Part shown: positions 8,625-19,345 of the stretch, one piece after another
Layout of the letters: each line of letters opens with the position of its first letter
How positions within the stretch are numbered: the first letter of the stretch is position 1
NCBI GenBank assembly: GCA_017479865.1
Contig: JAFVBS010000027.1
Coordinates: 108-64,107 of the forward strand
Source of the DNA: Clostridia bacterium
GTDB lineage: Bacteria > Bacillota > Clostridia > TANB77 > CAG-508
Length of the DNA: 64,000 bases
Reading direction: 5' to 3'
Notes under the pieces: model-generated
Database searches by the model: none
What the model was told of the DNA's origin: nothing
What the model saw: only the letters and a program-made list of their open reading frames with translations
Position numbers and translations under genes: made by a program

Positions 8625-8746
8625 GCGAAAAATATAGTAAATTCGAAGTTACCGTACAGTTGAAGAAGTGAGTAGAGACTGCGCATTTGCGCAGTCTCTA
8701 ACTACAAGCGACAACAGCAAGGTGAAAGAATTTACTATATTTTTGC
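8625..8746. repeat. nested inverted repeat / candidate structured RNA between convergent genes
   Basis: Outer arms 8625-8644 and 8728-8746 pair over 19 bp with 1 bulge. Inner perfect palindrome tagagactgcgca-tt-tgcgcagtctcta spans 8673-8700. Confidence 0.7.
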
Positions 8747-8761
8747 TTGTAAGTTTGTTAA

Positions 8762-9196
8762 TTATTTGTCGTCTTTATCATCACATGGCTTATCTTCTGG
8801 TTTTTCAGGTTTATCATGTTTATCGCAATCAATGTCTACACCTTTTAAACATTTTTTTCCTTCATGTTTGACATCAATACATTCCTTACAATGTTTTACT
8901 CTGTCAACCCAGATTTGAAGCTCATAAGTTCTGTTATTGCATAAAGGACCAAAAACAAATTCTCCATCTTTATCGGTAAAAGTATGGGACACTGGTCTTC
9001 TTTCCTCTTTACCGTATTCGCGAACAACTTCAATTAATTTGACAACTGCATCACGAACTGGATCATTGTAAGAATCCTTTACAACCCCATAAATAACATT
9101 TCTGTTATCCTCTGGAAGATTAATTTCTAAGTCGAATTGCTTTCCTGCCTCTATTACACCATCTACTTTGATAACTGGACATTTATCATATTCCAT
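8762..9196 (-). CDS. carboxypeptidase-regulatory-like (prealbumin/Ig-like fold) domain protein with Cys/Asp/Lys-rich tail
   Basis: 144 aa. The pattern GVVKDSYNDPVRDAVVKL...TFTDKDGEFVFGPL matches the CarboxypepD_reg-type beta-sandwich. RBS aaaggag. Confidence 0.6.
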   Translation of the reverse strand: MEYDKCPVIKVDGVIEAGKQFDLEINLPEDNRNVIYGVVKDSYNDPVRDAVVKLIEVVREYGKEERRPVSHTFTDKDGEFVFGPLCNNRTYELQIWVDRVKHCKECIDVKHEGKKCLKGVDIDCDKHDKPEKPEDKPCDDKDDK

Positions 9197-9322
9197 ATTT
9201 TTTTACTCCTTTCTAGTTGGTATACTATATTCTATTCAGGAGGAAATCAAAAGGTGACAACATTCGACAAGAGAAAACGTGACAATAAAAAAATATGGAG
9301 TCAAAAAAATTTACCAATCCTC

Positions 9323-9351
9323 TTGAAAAAGCAAGCAAAACATGATACACT
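9323..9351 (+). promoter_or_regulatory. sigma-A-type promoter for the ileS leader
   Basis: TTGAAA (9323-9328), 17 nt spacer, TACACT (9346-9351) preceded by tga. Confidence 0.5.
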
Positions 9352-9394
9352 TATACATAATAAAAAAGAGGCGCTTAAAAAGGACAACACAAAT

Positions 9395-9652
9395 TTATTT
9401 TCAAGCTTAGCAGAGAGCCAAAGAATGGTGAAATTTTGGCAAGAAATTGGAAAATTTGTTATCACCTTTTAGCTATTTATCTGAAACAAAAAGTAAGATA
9501 AATCGTAATCTTGCGTTAAAAGAAAATGAAGAGAAAAGAAAGAGCTACCACCCAATTAGTTAATGGTTGTTCACGTCTTTTAATTTAGGTGGTACCGCGG
9601 AAATCAAAGCCATTTCGTCCTAATATATCATTAGGAGGAAATGGCTTTTTTT
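9395..9652 (+). promoter_or_regulatory. T-box riboswitch leader (Ile specifier AUC)
   Basis: Stem I AGAGA element (9411-9417). Specifier ATC followed by A at 9461-9464. Conserved T-box aatttaGGTGGTACCGCGg (9583-9600). Terminator aaagccatttcgtcctaat/attaggaggaaatggcttt plus a T-run (9606-9652). Confidence 0.85.
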
Positions 9653-9736
9653 GATAAATGTTGAAAAATAATTGCGTTTGGCGTAATTCTTTTCCAATTC
9701 ATTTATACTTTATAGTTGAAAGGAATGATTTGAACA

Positions 9737-12490
9737 ATGGCAGAAGAAAAAAATGATTATGGTAAAACGTTAAATTTACCTAGTACAGAATTTCCAATGA
9801 GAGGAAATTTACCAGAAAATGAGCCAAAAACACAAGAAGCAATCTTTGAAAATGGTTTGTATGAAAAAATATTAAAACACAATGAAGGACACCCATCCTA
9901 TATTCTACACGATGGACCACCTTATGCGAATGGAGAAATTCACATGGGTCATGCTTTGAACAAAGTGCTAAAAGATACCATCAATCGTTTTAAAGCACTA
10001 CAAGGCTATAAAACAGTATATGTCCCTGGATACGATACTCATGGACTTCCAACAGAAAAAAAGGCAATTCAAGCTTTAGGAATTAATCGTGACGAAATTG
10101 CTACTACAAAATTTAGAGATATTTGCCGTGATTTTGCTTTACAATATGTCGGAAAACAAACAGAGGGCTTTAAAAGATTAGGTGTGTTAGGAGATTGGGA
10201 GCATCCATATATTACGTTACAACCAGAATTTGAAGCAAGACAAATTGGCGTTTTTGGCGAAATGTATCAAAAAGGCTATATTTATAAAGGACTAAAACCA
10301 GTTTATTGGTGTACCGACTGTGAAACAGCTTTAGCAGAGGCAGAAATTGAATACCAAGATGTTGATAATGTTTCTATTTTCGTAAAATTTCCAGTAGTAG
10401 AAGGAAAAGGCGTATTAGACAATGAAACCAAAATAGTGATTTGGACCACAACCCCATGGACCTTACCAGGAAATACCGGTATTACTGTTGGCGGAGAATA
10501 TGAATATAGCGTAGTGAAGGCTGGAGAAGAAAAACTAGTAATGGCAACAGAACTAGTAGACAGAGTGATGGAACAAGCCAATATCACTGATTACAAAACA
10601 GAAAAAACAGTGATGGGAACAGACTTAGAAGGAATTTTATGCAAGCATCCATTTATGGATAGAACCTCTAAAGTAGTGCTAGGCAGTGACGATACAGTGG
10701 CAGTAGAATTAGATACTGGTACAGGAGCCGTTCATACAGCACCAAGCTATGGTAAAGAGGACTATTTATGTGGCTTGAAAAATGGATTAGACATTATTGT
10801 ATGTGTGGATGGGAAAGGATATCAAACAGAAGGAGCAGGACAATTTGCTGGACTATCTTGTGAAGAGTCCAACAAAGCAATCACTGAATGGCTAGACAAA
10901 AATGGCTATTTGTTAGCAACGCAGAAAATCAACCATGCATACCCACATTGTTGGAGATGCAAAAATCCAATCATTATTCGTGCAACAAATCAATGGTTTG
11001 CGTCAGTAGATGGCTTTAGAGAAGAAACATTACAAGCAATTAAAACAGTGAAATGGACACCGGCATGGGGAGAAGAAAGAATTTCTAGTATGGTAAAAGA
11101 CAGAAACGATTGGTGTATTTCAAGACAACGTAGTTGGGGTGTACCAATTCCAATTTTCTATTGTAAAGAATGCGGAAAAGAATATGCTACAACAGAAAGC
11201 TTTGCAAAAATAGAAAAAATCTTTAGAGAAAAGGGGTCAAATGCTTGGTTTGATTTAGACGAAAAAGAATTGATGCCAGAAGGAGCTACTTGCTCGGAGT
11301 GTGGATGTCATGAATTCAAAAAAGAAACGGACATTATGGATGTTTGGTTCGATTCTGGTTCTTCTCATCAAGGAGTATTAGTAGAAAGAGGAATTGGTTT
11401 TCCAGCAGACTTATACTTAGAAGGACATGACCAATATAGAGGTTGGTTCCAATCTTCTATTTTAACTTCAGTAGCAACAAGAGGGGTAGCACCATATAAA
11501 AATATTTTAACACACGGATGGGTCATTGATGAAGAGGGCAAAAAAATGTCCAAATCGCTTGGAAATGGTATTAGTCCACAAGAAATTATCAAAGATTATG
11601 GTGCAGATATTTTAAGATTATGGGTATTGTCTTCTGACTTCAAATCGGATATTAGTTTATCAAAAGATATTTTAAAACAAATTAGTGAAGCATACCGTAA
11701 AATTAGAAATACCGCAAGATATATTTTAGGTAATACATCTGATTATAACCCAGAGGAGCCTGTGGCATATGCCGATATGCAAGAAATTGACCAATGGGCA
11801 TTATTGAAATTAAATCAATTAATCAAAAATTGTACACAAAATTACGAAGATTTTAACTTCCATTATGTATATCATGATATTAACCAATTCTGCGTATCAG
11901 ACATGAGCAATTTCTATTTGGATATTATTAAAGATAGATTATATACTTCTAAGAAAAATTCACTAGAAAGACGTTCTGCACAAACAGCAATGTACACAAT
12001 TCTAAACGCCTTAGTAAAAATGTTGGCACCAATGATTTGCTATACTGCAGAGGAAATTTGGAAGTATATGCCACACGTGCAAGAAGAACAAGCAGAGAGT
12101 GTTATGCTAAGCAATTGGCCAGAAGTAAATGCCGAATACGACAATCCTACATTGGAGCAAAAATGGGAGAAAATATTAGAACTTAAAAATATGGTGGCCA
12201 AAGAATTAGAGAGGGCAAGAGCTGAGAAAGTGATTGGACATTCTTTGAATGCAAAAGTAATTATAGCAGCTGATAAAGAGTATGAATTTTTGAAAGAGAA
12301 TCAAGACCTTCTCATGACAGTGTTTATTGTGTCTGGCTTAGAAATTATGAAAAACGAAGGAAAATTAGAAGTAACTATCCAAGTGGCAGAAGGAGAAAAG
12401 TGCGAAAGATGTTGGCAATATTCTACAACAGTAGGAGAAGACAAAGAACATCCAACCATCTGCCATAAATGTAGTGAAGCAATTAAATAA
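9737..12490 (+). CDS. ileS: isoleucyl-tRNA synthetase
   Basis: 917 aa. HMGH (HIGH-type) and KMSKS motifs, CP1 editing domain, C-terminal Zn-finger CxxC...CxxC. Confidence 0.97.
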   Translation: MAEEKNDYGKTLNLPSTEFPMRGNLPENEPKTQEAIFENGLYEKILKHNEGHPSYILHDGPPYANGEIHMGHALNKVLKDTINRFKALQGYKTVYVPGYDTHGLPTEKKAIQALGINRDEIATTKFRDICRDFALQYVGKQTEGFKRLGVLGDWEHPYITLQPEFEARQIGVFGEMYQKGYIYKGLKPVYWCTDCETALAEAEIEYQDVDNVSIFVKFPVVEGKGVLDNETKIVIWTTTPWTLPGNTGITVGGEYEYSVVKAGEEKLVMATELVDRVMEQANITDYKTEKTVMGTDLEGILCKHPFMDRTSKVVLGSDDTVAVELDTGTGAVHTAPSYGKEDYLCGLKNGLDIIVCVDGKGYQTEGAGQFAGLSCEESNKAITEWLDKNGYLLATQKINHAYPHCWRCKNPIIIRATNQWFASVDGFREETLQAIKTVKWTPAWGEERISSMVKDRNDWCISRQRSWGVPIPIFYCKECGKEYATTESFAKIEKIFREKGSNAWFDLDEKELMPEGATCSECGCHEFKKETDIMDVWFDSGSSHQGVLVERGIGFPADLYLEGHDQYRGWFQSSILTSVATRGVAPYKNILTHGWVIDEEGKKMSKSLGNGISPQEIIKDYGADILRLWVLSSDFKSDISLSKDILKQISEAYRKIRNTARYILGNTSDYNPEEPVAYADMQEIDQWALLKLNQLIKNCTQNYEDFNFHYVYHDINQFCVSDMSNFYLDIIKDRLYTSKKNSLERRSAQTAMYTILNALVKMLAPMICYTAEEIWKYMPHVQEEQAESVMLSNWPEVNAEYDNPTLEQKWEKILELKNMVAKELERARAEKVIGHSLNAKVIIAADKEYEFLKENQDLLMTVFIVSGLEIMKNEGKLEVTIQVAEGEKCERCWQYSTTVGEDKEHPTICHKCSEAIK

Positions 12491-12505
12491 GAAAGTGGAG
12501 AATTT

Positions 12506-13876
12506 ATGCAAAGAACAGGGAAACGTATTAAAAATATTATTTCTATTATTATTATGGTTATTGCTATTATTGCCGTAGTAATAGTATACAAAAAGTATTA
12601 TTATAATGACTTTGTCAAAAGTGTGAAGCAAACCAATATTACAAAATTTACTAGAGATAGCGAGGTAACAACAGGCCAAGCTAGTAGCTATAAAATAGAA
12701 AATACAGATTATAATGATGCTATGTTTTATCAAACCATTAATGTAACGCCAAATACGCCATATAAGGTAACTTGCAAAATTAAAACAGAAGGTATTAGCA
12801 ATGAAACAAACATGCAAAATGGGGGAGCTCATATTAGTCTAGTAGGAACAACGGTAAGAACTGTGCCAATCACAGGAACCAATGATTGGCAAGAAGTTAC
12901 TTTACTCTTCAATTCACAAAATAATACACAAGCAAGCATTGGATTTCGCTTAGGAGGATATGAAGATAGTTCCAAAGGAATAGCATGGTTTTCTGACTTT
13001 AAAGTGGAAACGGGAGTGACATCCAATGAAAAAACTTGGAAATTTGTTTGCTTTATCTTTCCAAAAATTGATGTAGATGTGACCATTAATGGCAGGCAAG
13101 AACACGTAAATTTGACAATGTCAGATAATGATATACAAGACATTAGAACCAATATTGGGCGTTTTCAATCTTCCGTTCAAAGTATGGCAAAAAATAAAAT
13201 GAAGGCAGAATATGAAATTATTACAATTAATGAACCGATTAAAACGCTTTCCTATGATGAAGAAAATGGCTATTATGTTTCTGAAACGGATGTGTATCAA
13301 TTGACACATCAATATGTAAAACAAAAAGAATATGATCATATTTATGTGGCAATTCGAATGGCAGATAAACAACAGGGAAGCAATACTTTAATTAATGACT
13401 GGATTGGATTAGGGGGAATGGATTATACTGGAATTGGGTATTCTAACATTCGTCTTCCAGACGATGAGCAAAACTATGCTTATAAATTTAATTATCAATT
13501 TAATACTTTTCCAGAAGAAGTATTTATTCATGAGTTTTTACACACATTGGAAAGAAATGCAAAAGAATATGGTTATCAAATTCCTGCCTTACATGACTAT
13601 GCAAAGTATGGCTACTCGGAACAAAATTTAACGGGACTAAAACAATGGTACGAGGATTATATGAATTGTAATATTAGCTATCAAGGAAAAAAAATAGGGC
13701 TTCCGGCAGAAGTGTATCAATATAAGCCGGTGCATGAAAGCAATTTTAAATATAGTTATCAGCTAGAGGTTTTTCAAGAGCCAAAAAATCTGGTCGAAAT
13801 TGTCAAGGGATTATTTAGACAAGTGCAGAAGCTTTTTACTTATGTCAAAGATGAAAATGTTGAGATTGCAAAATAA
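12506..13876 (+). CDS. membrane-anchored protein with CBM-like beta-sandwich domain and C-terminal HExxH region
   Basis: 456 aa. N-terminal TM helix. YKVTCKIKTEG...DWQEVTLLFNS...IGFRLGGY resembles a carbohydrate-binding jelly-roll. HEFLH lies near the C-terminus. No family assigned. Confidence 0.6.
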   Translation: MQRTGKRIKNIISIIIMVIAIIAVVIVYKKYYYNDFVKSVKQTNITKFTRDSEVTTGQASSYKIENTDYNDAMFYQTINVTPNTPYKVTCKIKTEGISNETNMQNGGAHISLVGTTVRTVPITGTNDWQEVTLLFNSQNNTQASIGFRLGGYEDSSKGIAWFSDFKVETGVTSNEKTWKFVCFIFPKIDVDVTINGRQEHVNLTMSDNDIQDIRTNIGRFQSSVQSMAKNKMKAEYEIITINEPIKTLSYDEENGYYVSETDVYQLTHQYVKQKEYDHIYVAIRMADKQQGSNTLINDWIGLGGMDYTGIGYSNIRLPDDEQNYAYKFNYQFNTFPEEVFIHEFLHTLERNAKEYGYQIPALHDYAKYGYSEQNLTGLKQWYEDYMNCNISYQGKKIGLPAEVYQYKPVHESNFKYSYQLEVFQEPKNLVEIVKGLFRQVQKLFTYVKDENVEIAK

Positions 13877-13955
13877 CAAGAAATAATAAAAAAGTTGTCA
13901 AGGGGGATATCCATTGCAAAACATGAGTGTCCCCTTTGACAGAAGGAATGGAATA

Positions 13956-14982
13956 ATGAAAGTTTCAGATTTTAATTATGATTTACCAAAAGAACTAATT
14001 GCACAAGTTCCTATCAAAGATAGGGACCAATCAAGGTTGATGGTACTTCATCGAAATACACGGAACCATTGAACATAAAATTTTTAAAGATATTTTGAAC
14101 TACTTACAGCCAGGAGATTGTTTGGTACGTAATAATACCAAAGTCATTCCTGCACGTCTTTATGGTATTAAGGAAGAAACAGGAGCACATGTGGAATTTT
14201 TGCTGTTAAAGCGATTAGAAGGAGACGAATGGGAAGTAATGGTAAAGCCAGGTAGAAAATTAATGCCTGGGACCAAAGTGAACTTTGGAGATGGCTTATT
14301 AAAGGCAGAAATTACAGAAAAACTAGAGGCGGGAAATCGCAAAGTAAAATTTGAGTATGATGGCATTTTTAATGAAATTTTAAATGAAATTGGACTTATG
14401 CCTCTGCCACCATATATTCATGAAAAATTAAAAGAAAAGGACCGTTATCAAACAGTCTATGCCAAATATGAAGGCTCTGCTGCTGCCCCAACAGCAGGAT
14501 TACACTTTACCGAAGAATTATTAGAACAAATTAGGGCAAAGGGAGTAGAAATTGCAAATGTCACACTTCATGTTGGCATTGGAACCTTCAGACCGGTAAA
14601 GGTAGAAAATATTGAAGATCACGATATGCATTCAGAGCACTTTTATATCAAACAAGAAGATGCCGAAAAAATTAACAAAGCAAAGCGTGAGGGCCATCGC
14701 GTGATTGCCGTAGGAACAACATCTTGCAGAGTACTAGAATCAATTAGCGATGAAAATGGAATGGTAAAAGAGGCAGAAGGTGATACGAGCATTTTTATTT
14801 ATCCGGGATATCAATTTAAGTGCTTAGATTGCTTGATTACGAATTTTCATTTACCGGAGTCAACACTCATTATGTTAGTGTCAGCCTTAGCTGGCAAGGA
14901 CTTTATTATGAAAGCATACGACGAGGCAGTCAAAGAAAAATATCGTTTCTTTAGTTTTGGCGATGCAATGTTTATTGAATAG
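13956..14982 (+). pseudogene. queA: S-adenosylmethionine:tRNA ribosyltransferase-isomerase QueA, apparent +1 frameshift at ~14061
   Basis: ATG 13956 gives [35 protein letters not shown], then a stop at 14070-14072. The +1 frame continues [22 protein letters not shown]... into ORF 14095-14982. An extra C before ggaacc explains the break. Confidence 0.85.
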
Positions 14983-16173
<1,191 letters not shown>

Positions 16174-16192
16174 AACGAAAGAATAATCAGGG

Positions 16193-16239
16193 CAGAGTTT
16201 GAAAAAGAATTAACATTTAATTTTTTTCAAACGATTCTG
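16193..16239. repeat. AT-rich inverted repeat GTTTGAAAAA/TTTTTCAAAC (copy 2 of 3); possible tgt terminator
   Basis: gtttgaaaaagaattaa-cat-ttaatttttttcaaac forms a long hairpin, extended by cagag/ttctg. Confidence 0.55.
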
Positions 16240-16254
16240 TGTCTTAAGAAGGGA

Positions 16255-17673
16255 ATGAAAGAAATTATGGTAGATTTAATAGGAGGAAATAACCAAACAG
16301 AGGAACAGCTACAAGCAAAAAAATGGATGAAAATTATTGCTATTATTTTAGTAGTGTTGCTATTAATTAGTATTGGGCTCATTGTACTAGTCTATTATAT
16401 GCAAGCAACAGAACTAAAAATAACGATAGATGGCGTGCCAAAAAGTAATCTTAAGGAAATTTTAGTGTTTGAAGAAAATAAGGTCTATGTTCCAATTCGT
16501 GATTTTGCAACCTATGTAGGGTATTCTTCTTATAGTGGGGACTACAAGCAATATACAGAAGATATGACAAAATGTTATGTGCAAAGTACCAATGAAATTG
16601 CTTCTTTTACTTTAAACTCTAGCAAAATTTATAAAACGGATGGAAATAATCATTATGAGTACTATGAAATTGATGAACCTGTCAAAATGATGGATGGAAA
16701 ATTATATACAACTATAGAAGGCGCAAGTATTGCCTTTAATATTGCGTTTTCATACAATAAAAATAACATTACCATCTATACATTACCATATTTGGTAACA
16801 ACCTATACAGCCAAGTTTAAAAATGCAGCCATTGGAGATGAAAAGGCAAGCTTTGCTAATCAAAAAGCCATTTTATACAATATGCTTGTGGTAAAAAATG
16901 AGGAAAACCGTTATGGCGTTAATGGATTAAATGGTGCGGAAATTATTGGAACAAAATATACTAGCATTGAATTTATTGAAAGCACCAAAGAATTTATTGT
17001 AACAACAGAAGAAAACAAAATGGGAATTATGGCTCATGATGCAACAACCAAAATTAAGCCAGAATATGATGAAATTAAGCAGGTAGATAAAGATGCAAAT
17101 CTTTATTTAGTAACCAATAACAAAAAACAGGGAATAGTAGATGGCAATGGTAATATTGTGCTTTATTTAGAATATGACCAAATTGGAATTGATAGCACAA
17201 AATTTGCAACGAATTATATTAAAAATCCATATTTGCTATATGATACCTGTATTCCTGTTAAAAGAGCAAATTTATGGGGATTATATGATAAGAATGGCAA
17301 AGAAATTGTACCAATTCAATATGATGCTCTAGGCTGTAGTGTTGGCAGTATAAATACAAACGATAGAACAGCTAATCATATTCTACTTATTCCAGATTAT
17401 GAAGCAATTGTTGTTAGAAAAGGAGAGCTTTATGGAGTTTTTGACTTAAATGGAAAACAACTTTTGCCAGCTGTATTAACTTCTGTTTATTCCGTTACAA
17501 GCGCAGGAGAAGACACTTATTATATGACTTATCAAGGACAAGTAATTAATGTGATTGATTATTTAAATAAATATATGAAAAAACAAGAAACTGCAAAACA
17601 ACAAAACAGTGTGCAAAATACTGAAAATAAAAATGTGCAAACTAATACTGTGACCAATTCAAACAATATTTAA
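16255..17673 (+). CDS. membrane-anchored WG-repeat (KWG-like) protein
   Basis: 472 aa. N-terminal TM helix. Repeated units LWGLYDKNGKEIVPIQYD, LYGVFDLNGKQLLP and RYGVNGLNGAEIIGTKY. Confidence 0.6.
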   Translation: MKEIMVDLIGGNNQTEEQLQAKKWMKIIAIILVVLLLISIGLIVLVYYMQATELKITIDGVPKSNLKEILVFEENKVYVPIRDFATYVGYSSYSGDYKQYTEDMTKCYVQSTNEIASFTLNSSKIYKTDGNNHYEYYEIDEPVKMMDGKLYTTIEGASIAFNIAFSYNKNNITIYTLPYLVTTYTAKFKNAAIGDEKASFANQKAILYNMLVVKNEENRYGVNGLNGAEIIGTKYTSIEFIESTKEFIVTTEENKMGIMAHDATTKIKPEYDEIKQVDKDANLYLVTNNKKQGIVDGNGNIVLYLEYDQIGIDSTKFATNYIKNPYLLYDTCIPVKRANLWGLYDKNGKEIVPIQYDALGCSVGSINTNDRTANHILLIPDYEAIVVRKGELYGVFDLNGKQLLPAVLTSVYSVTSAGEDTYYMTYQGQVINVIDYLNKYMKKQETAKQQNSVQNTENKNVQTNTVTNSNNI

Positions 17674-17736
17674 ATATTGCTCTTGATTTTGGAACCCTTT
17701 TTAAATATTAGTGTGAAAAAGAAAGGAAGAAAAAAT

Positions 17737-18084
17737 ATGGATGACTGTATATTTTGTAAAATTATTCAGGGAAAAATTCCATCAGAAAAAGTGTATGAGG
17801 ACAATGAGGTTTTAGCTTTTAAAGACATTCAACCAGCAGCACCAATTCATATATTGGTAATTCCTAAAAAACATATTGAAAACATACTAGAAGTATCACC
17901 AAAGGATAGTGATTTGATTGTTAAAATCTTTCAAACAATTAATAAGTTGGCAAAAGACCTCGGAGTTGAAAAAGATGGATTTCGCATAATTACTAACTGC
18001 GGAAGAGACTCTGGACAAGAAGTGATGCATCTTCATTTTCACTTATTGGCAGGTAAAAAAATGGGACCTAAAATTGTGAGCTAA
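17737..18084 (+). CDS. HIT-family (histidine triad) nucleotide-binding protein
   Basis: CIFCKI N-terminus and HLHFHLL histidine triad. Start is at ATG 17737, after gaaaggaag. Confidence 0.85.
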   Translation: MDDCIFCKIIQGKIPSEKVYEDNEVLAFKDIQPAAPIHILVIPKKHIENILEVSPKDSDLIVKIFQTINKLAKDLGVEKDGFRIITNCGRDSGQEVMHLHFHLLAGKKMGPKIVS

Positions 18085-18171
18085 ATTCCTTAAGGTTAGG
18101 CTAGATAAATTTAATATATTGTGATATAATATAAGTATAAATACCAAAACCTTTGATAAGGAGGAAATAAT

Positions 18172-18918
18172 ATGTTTAATAGTAAATATAGTAAAGTATT
18201 AACAGCTATTTTAATAATTGCTATTATAGGAATTGTGGGAGTTCTTATATTCCTTGGGATTGATTATTATAGAAAGTATATGATTACAACTGATACGGCT
18301 GGGGGAATTAGTGAATTTGATGGTTATGTGAATAATATCATTGCAAATGAAAATACTAATACTAATACTAATACTGATACAAATACCAACACGCAAGAAC
18401 AACCCAATATAGAAGAAAATGTTGTACCAAATATTGATGCAAATACTTTAGCACCAGATACCAATACACAAACAGGGGGCAATACTTCAAGCGGTTCTAG
18501 TAGTTCAAGTAGTAAGCCAACCTATAAAGGATTTGAAATGGTAGGGAAAATTGAAATCCCAAAAACAAATGTCAAACTTCCTGTTTTAGCAAAGGCAACA
18601 CCAAAATCAATAGAGGCTTCGGTGGGAGTACTTTATGGAGATGGAATCAATCAAGTAGGTAATACAGTAATTGTAGGACATAACTTTAGAAATGGAACAT
18701 TTTTCTCTAATAATAAAAAACTAGCTGAGGGAGATAAAATTTATTTAACAGATTTGCAAGGTAGGAGAGTAACCTACACAATTTACAAAAAATATAATAC
18801 TAGCCCAGAAGATTTTAACTATGCTACGAGAGACACCAATGGAAAAAGAGAAATTTCACTCTCAACTTGTACTGATGATACAAAATCGAGGTTGATTATA
18901 TGGGCGAAGGAAGACTAA
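18172..18918 (+). CDS. sortase family transpeptidase
   Basis: N-terminal TM anchor, catalytic His (VIVGHNF), Cys in SLSTC, and Arg (SRLIIWA). Confidence 0.85.
   Translation: MFNSKYSKVLTAILIIAIIGIVGVLIFLGIDYYRKYMITTDTAGGISEFDGYVNNIIANENTNTNTNTDTNTNTQEQPNIEENVVPNIDANTLAPDTNTQTGGNTSSGSSSSSSKPTYKGFEMVGKIEIPKTNVKLPVLAKATPKSIEASVGVLYGDGINQVGNTVIVGHNFRNGTFFSNNKKLAEGDKIYLTDLQGRRVTYTIYKKYNTSPEDFNYATRDTNGKREISLSTCTDDTKSRLIIWAKED
18352..18393 (+). repeat. hexanucleotide tandem repeat (aatact)n encoding an (NT)n linker inside the sortase gene
   Basis: Four perfect copies of aatact followed by three degenerate copies. Confidence 0.7.
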
Positions 18919-18954
18919 AATTTTAATAAAAATGTGAAAAATGAAAAAATAGTA

Positions 18955-18984
18955 TTGACAATTGAGGAAAAATTGTTGTAAAAT
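18955..18984 (+). promoter_or_regulatory. sigma-A-type promoter for the tRNA pair
   Basis: TTGACA (18955-18960), 18 nt spacer, TAAAAT (18979-18984). Confidence 0.5.
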
Positions 18985-19012
18985 TATATGTGCGTATGAA
19001 AAAAGCACATGC

Positions 19013-19090
19013 GGTGGATGTGGCGTAGTTGGTTAACGCGCCAGTTTGTGGCACTGGAGACCGTGGGTTCGAGTCCCATCTTCCACCCCA
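19013..19090 (+). tRNA. tRNA-His (GTG)
   Basis: Hand-folded cloverleaf. G-1 pairs with C73. D stem gcgt/acgc. Anticodon arm ccagt-ttGTGgc-actgg. T arm gtggg-ttcgagt-cccat. CCA is encoded. One U-U mismatch at 6:67. Confidence 0.85.
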
Positions 19091-19133
19091 TACTATTTTT
19101 CTTACTTATTTATATATTGTTATATTTATATAT

Positions 19134-19208
19134 TGGACTGTAGCCAAGCGGTAAGGCACTAGACTTTGACTCTAGCATGCGGTAGTTCGAATCTACCCAG
19201 TCCAACCA
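19134..19208 (+). tRNA. tRNA-Gln (TTG)
   Basis: Acceptor tggactg/cagtcca. D arm gccaagcggtaaggca. Anticodon arm ctaga-ctTTGac-tctag. T arm ggtag-ttcgaat-ctacc. CCA is encoded. Confidence 0.92.
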
Positions 19209-19218
19209 ATCATACCAA

Positions 19219-19255
19219 AGCTTTCAGAGTTTTTTTTCTGAAAGCTATTTTTTTT
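19219..19255 (+). terminator. rho-independent terminator after the tRNAs
   Basis: agctttcag pairs with ctgaaagct, followed by atttttttt. Confidence 0.75.
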
Positions 19256-19345
19256 GCAAAAAAATTATATACGTATCTCAAGCTGGTTCGAGTTAATAAA
19301 GTATATGTTACAACATAGAAAATAAATAGGGAGAACGATTAATAA

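Noticed and set aside
8668-8871. 67-aa plus-strand ORF spanning the nested hairpin and the 3' end of the minus-strand gene
   Set aside because: It starts inside the palindrome, has no RBS, and overlaps a better-supported gene on the opposite strand.
9263-9269. Perfect Spo0A box (TTCGACA) upstream of the Cys-rich beta-sandwich gene and the ileS leader promoter
   Set aside because: A 7-mer is expected several times by chance in 64 kb on two strands. No second box or supporting context was seen.
9137-9472. 111-aa plus-strand ORF upstream of ileS
   Set aside because: It overlaps the start of the minus-strand gene, the ileS promoter and stem I of the T-box leader. It has no RBS and no family similarity.
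13897-13940. 11-bp hairpin (gtcaaggggga/tcccctttgac) just upstream of queA as a preQ1 riboswitch
   Set aside because: It lacks the short P1 stem plus the conserved C-rich loop and A-rich tail of preQ1-I/II/III aptamers. It is more likely a terminator or stabiliser for the upstream gene.
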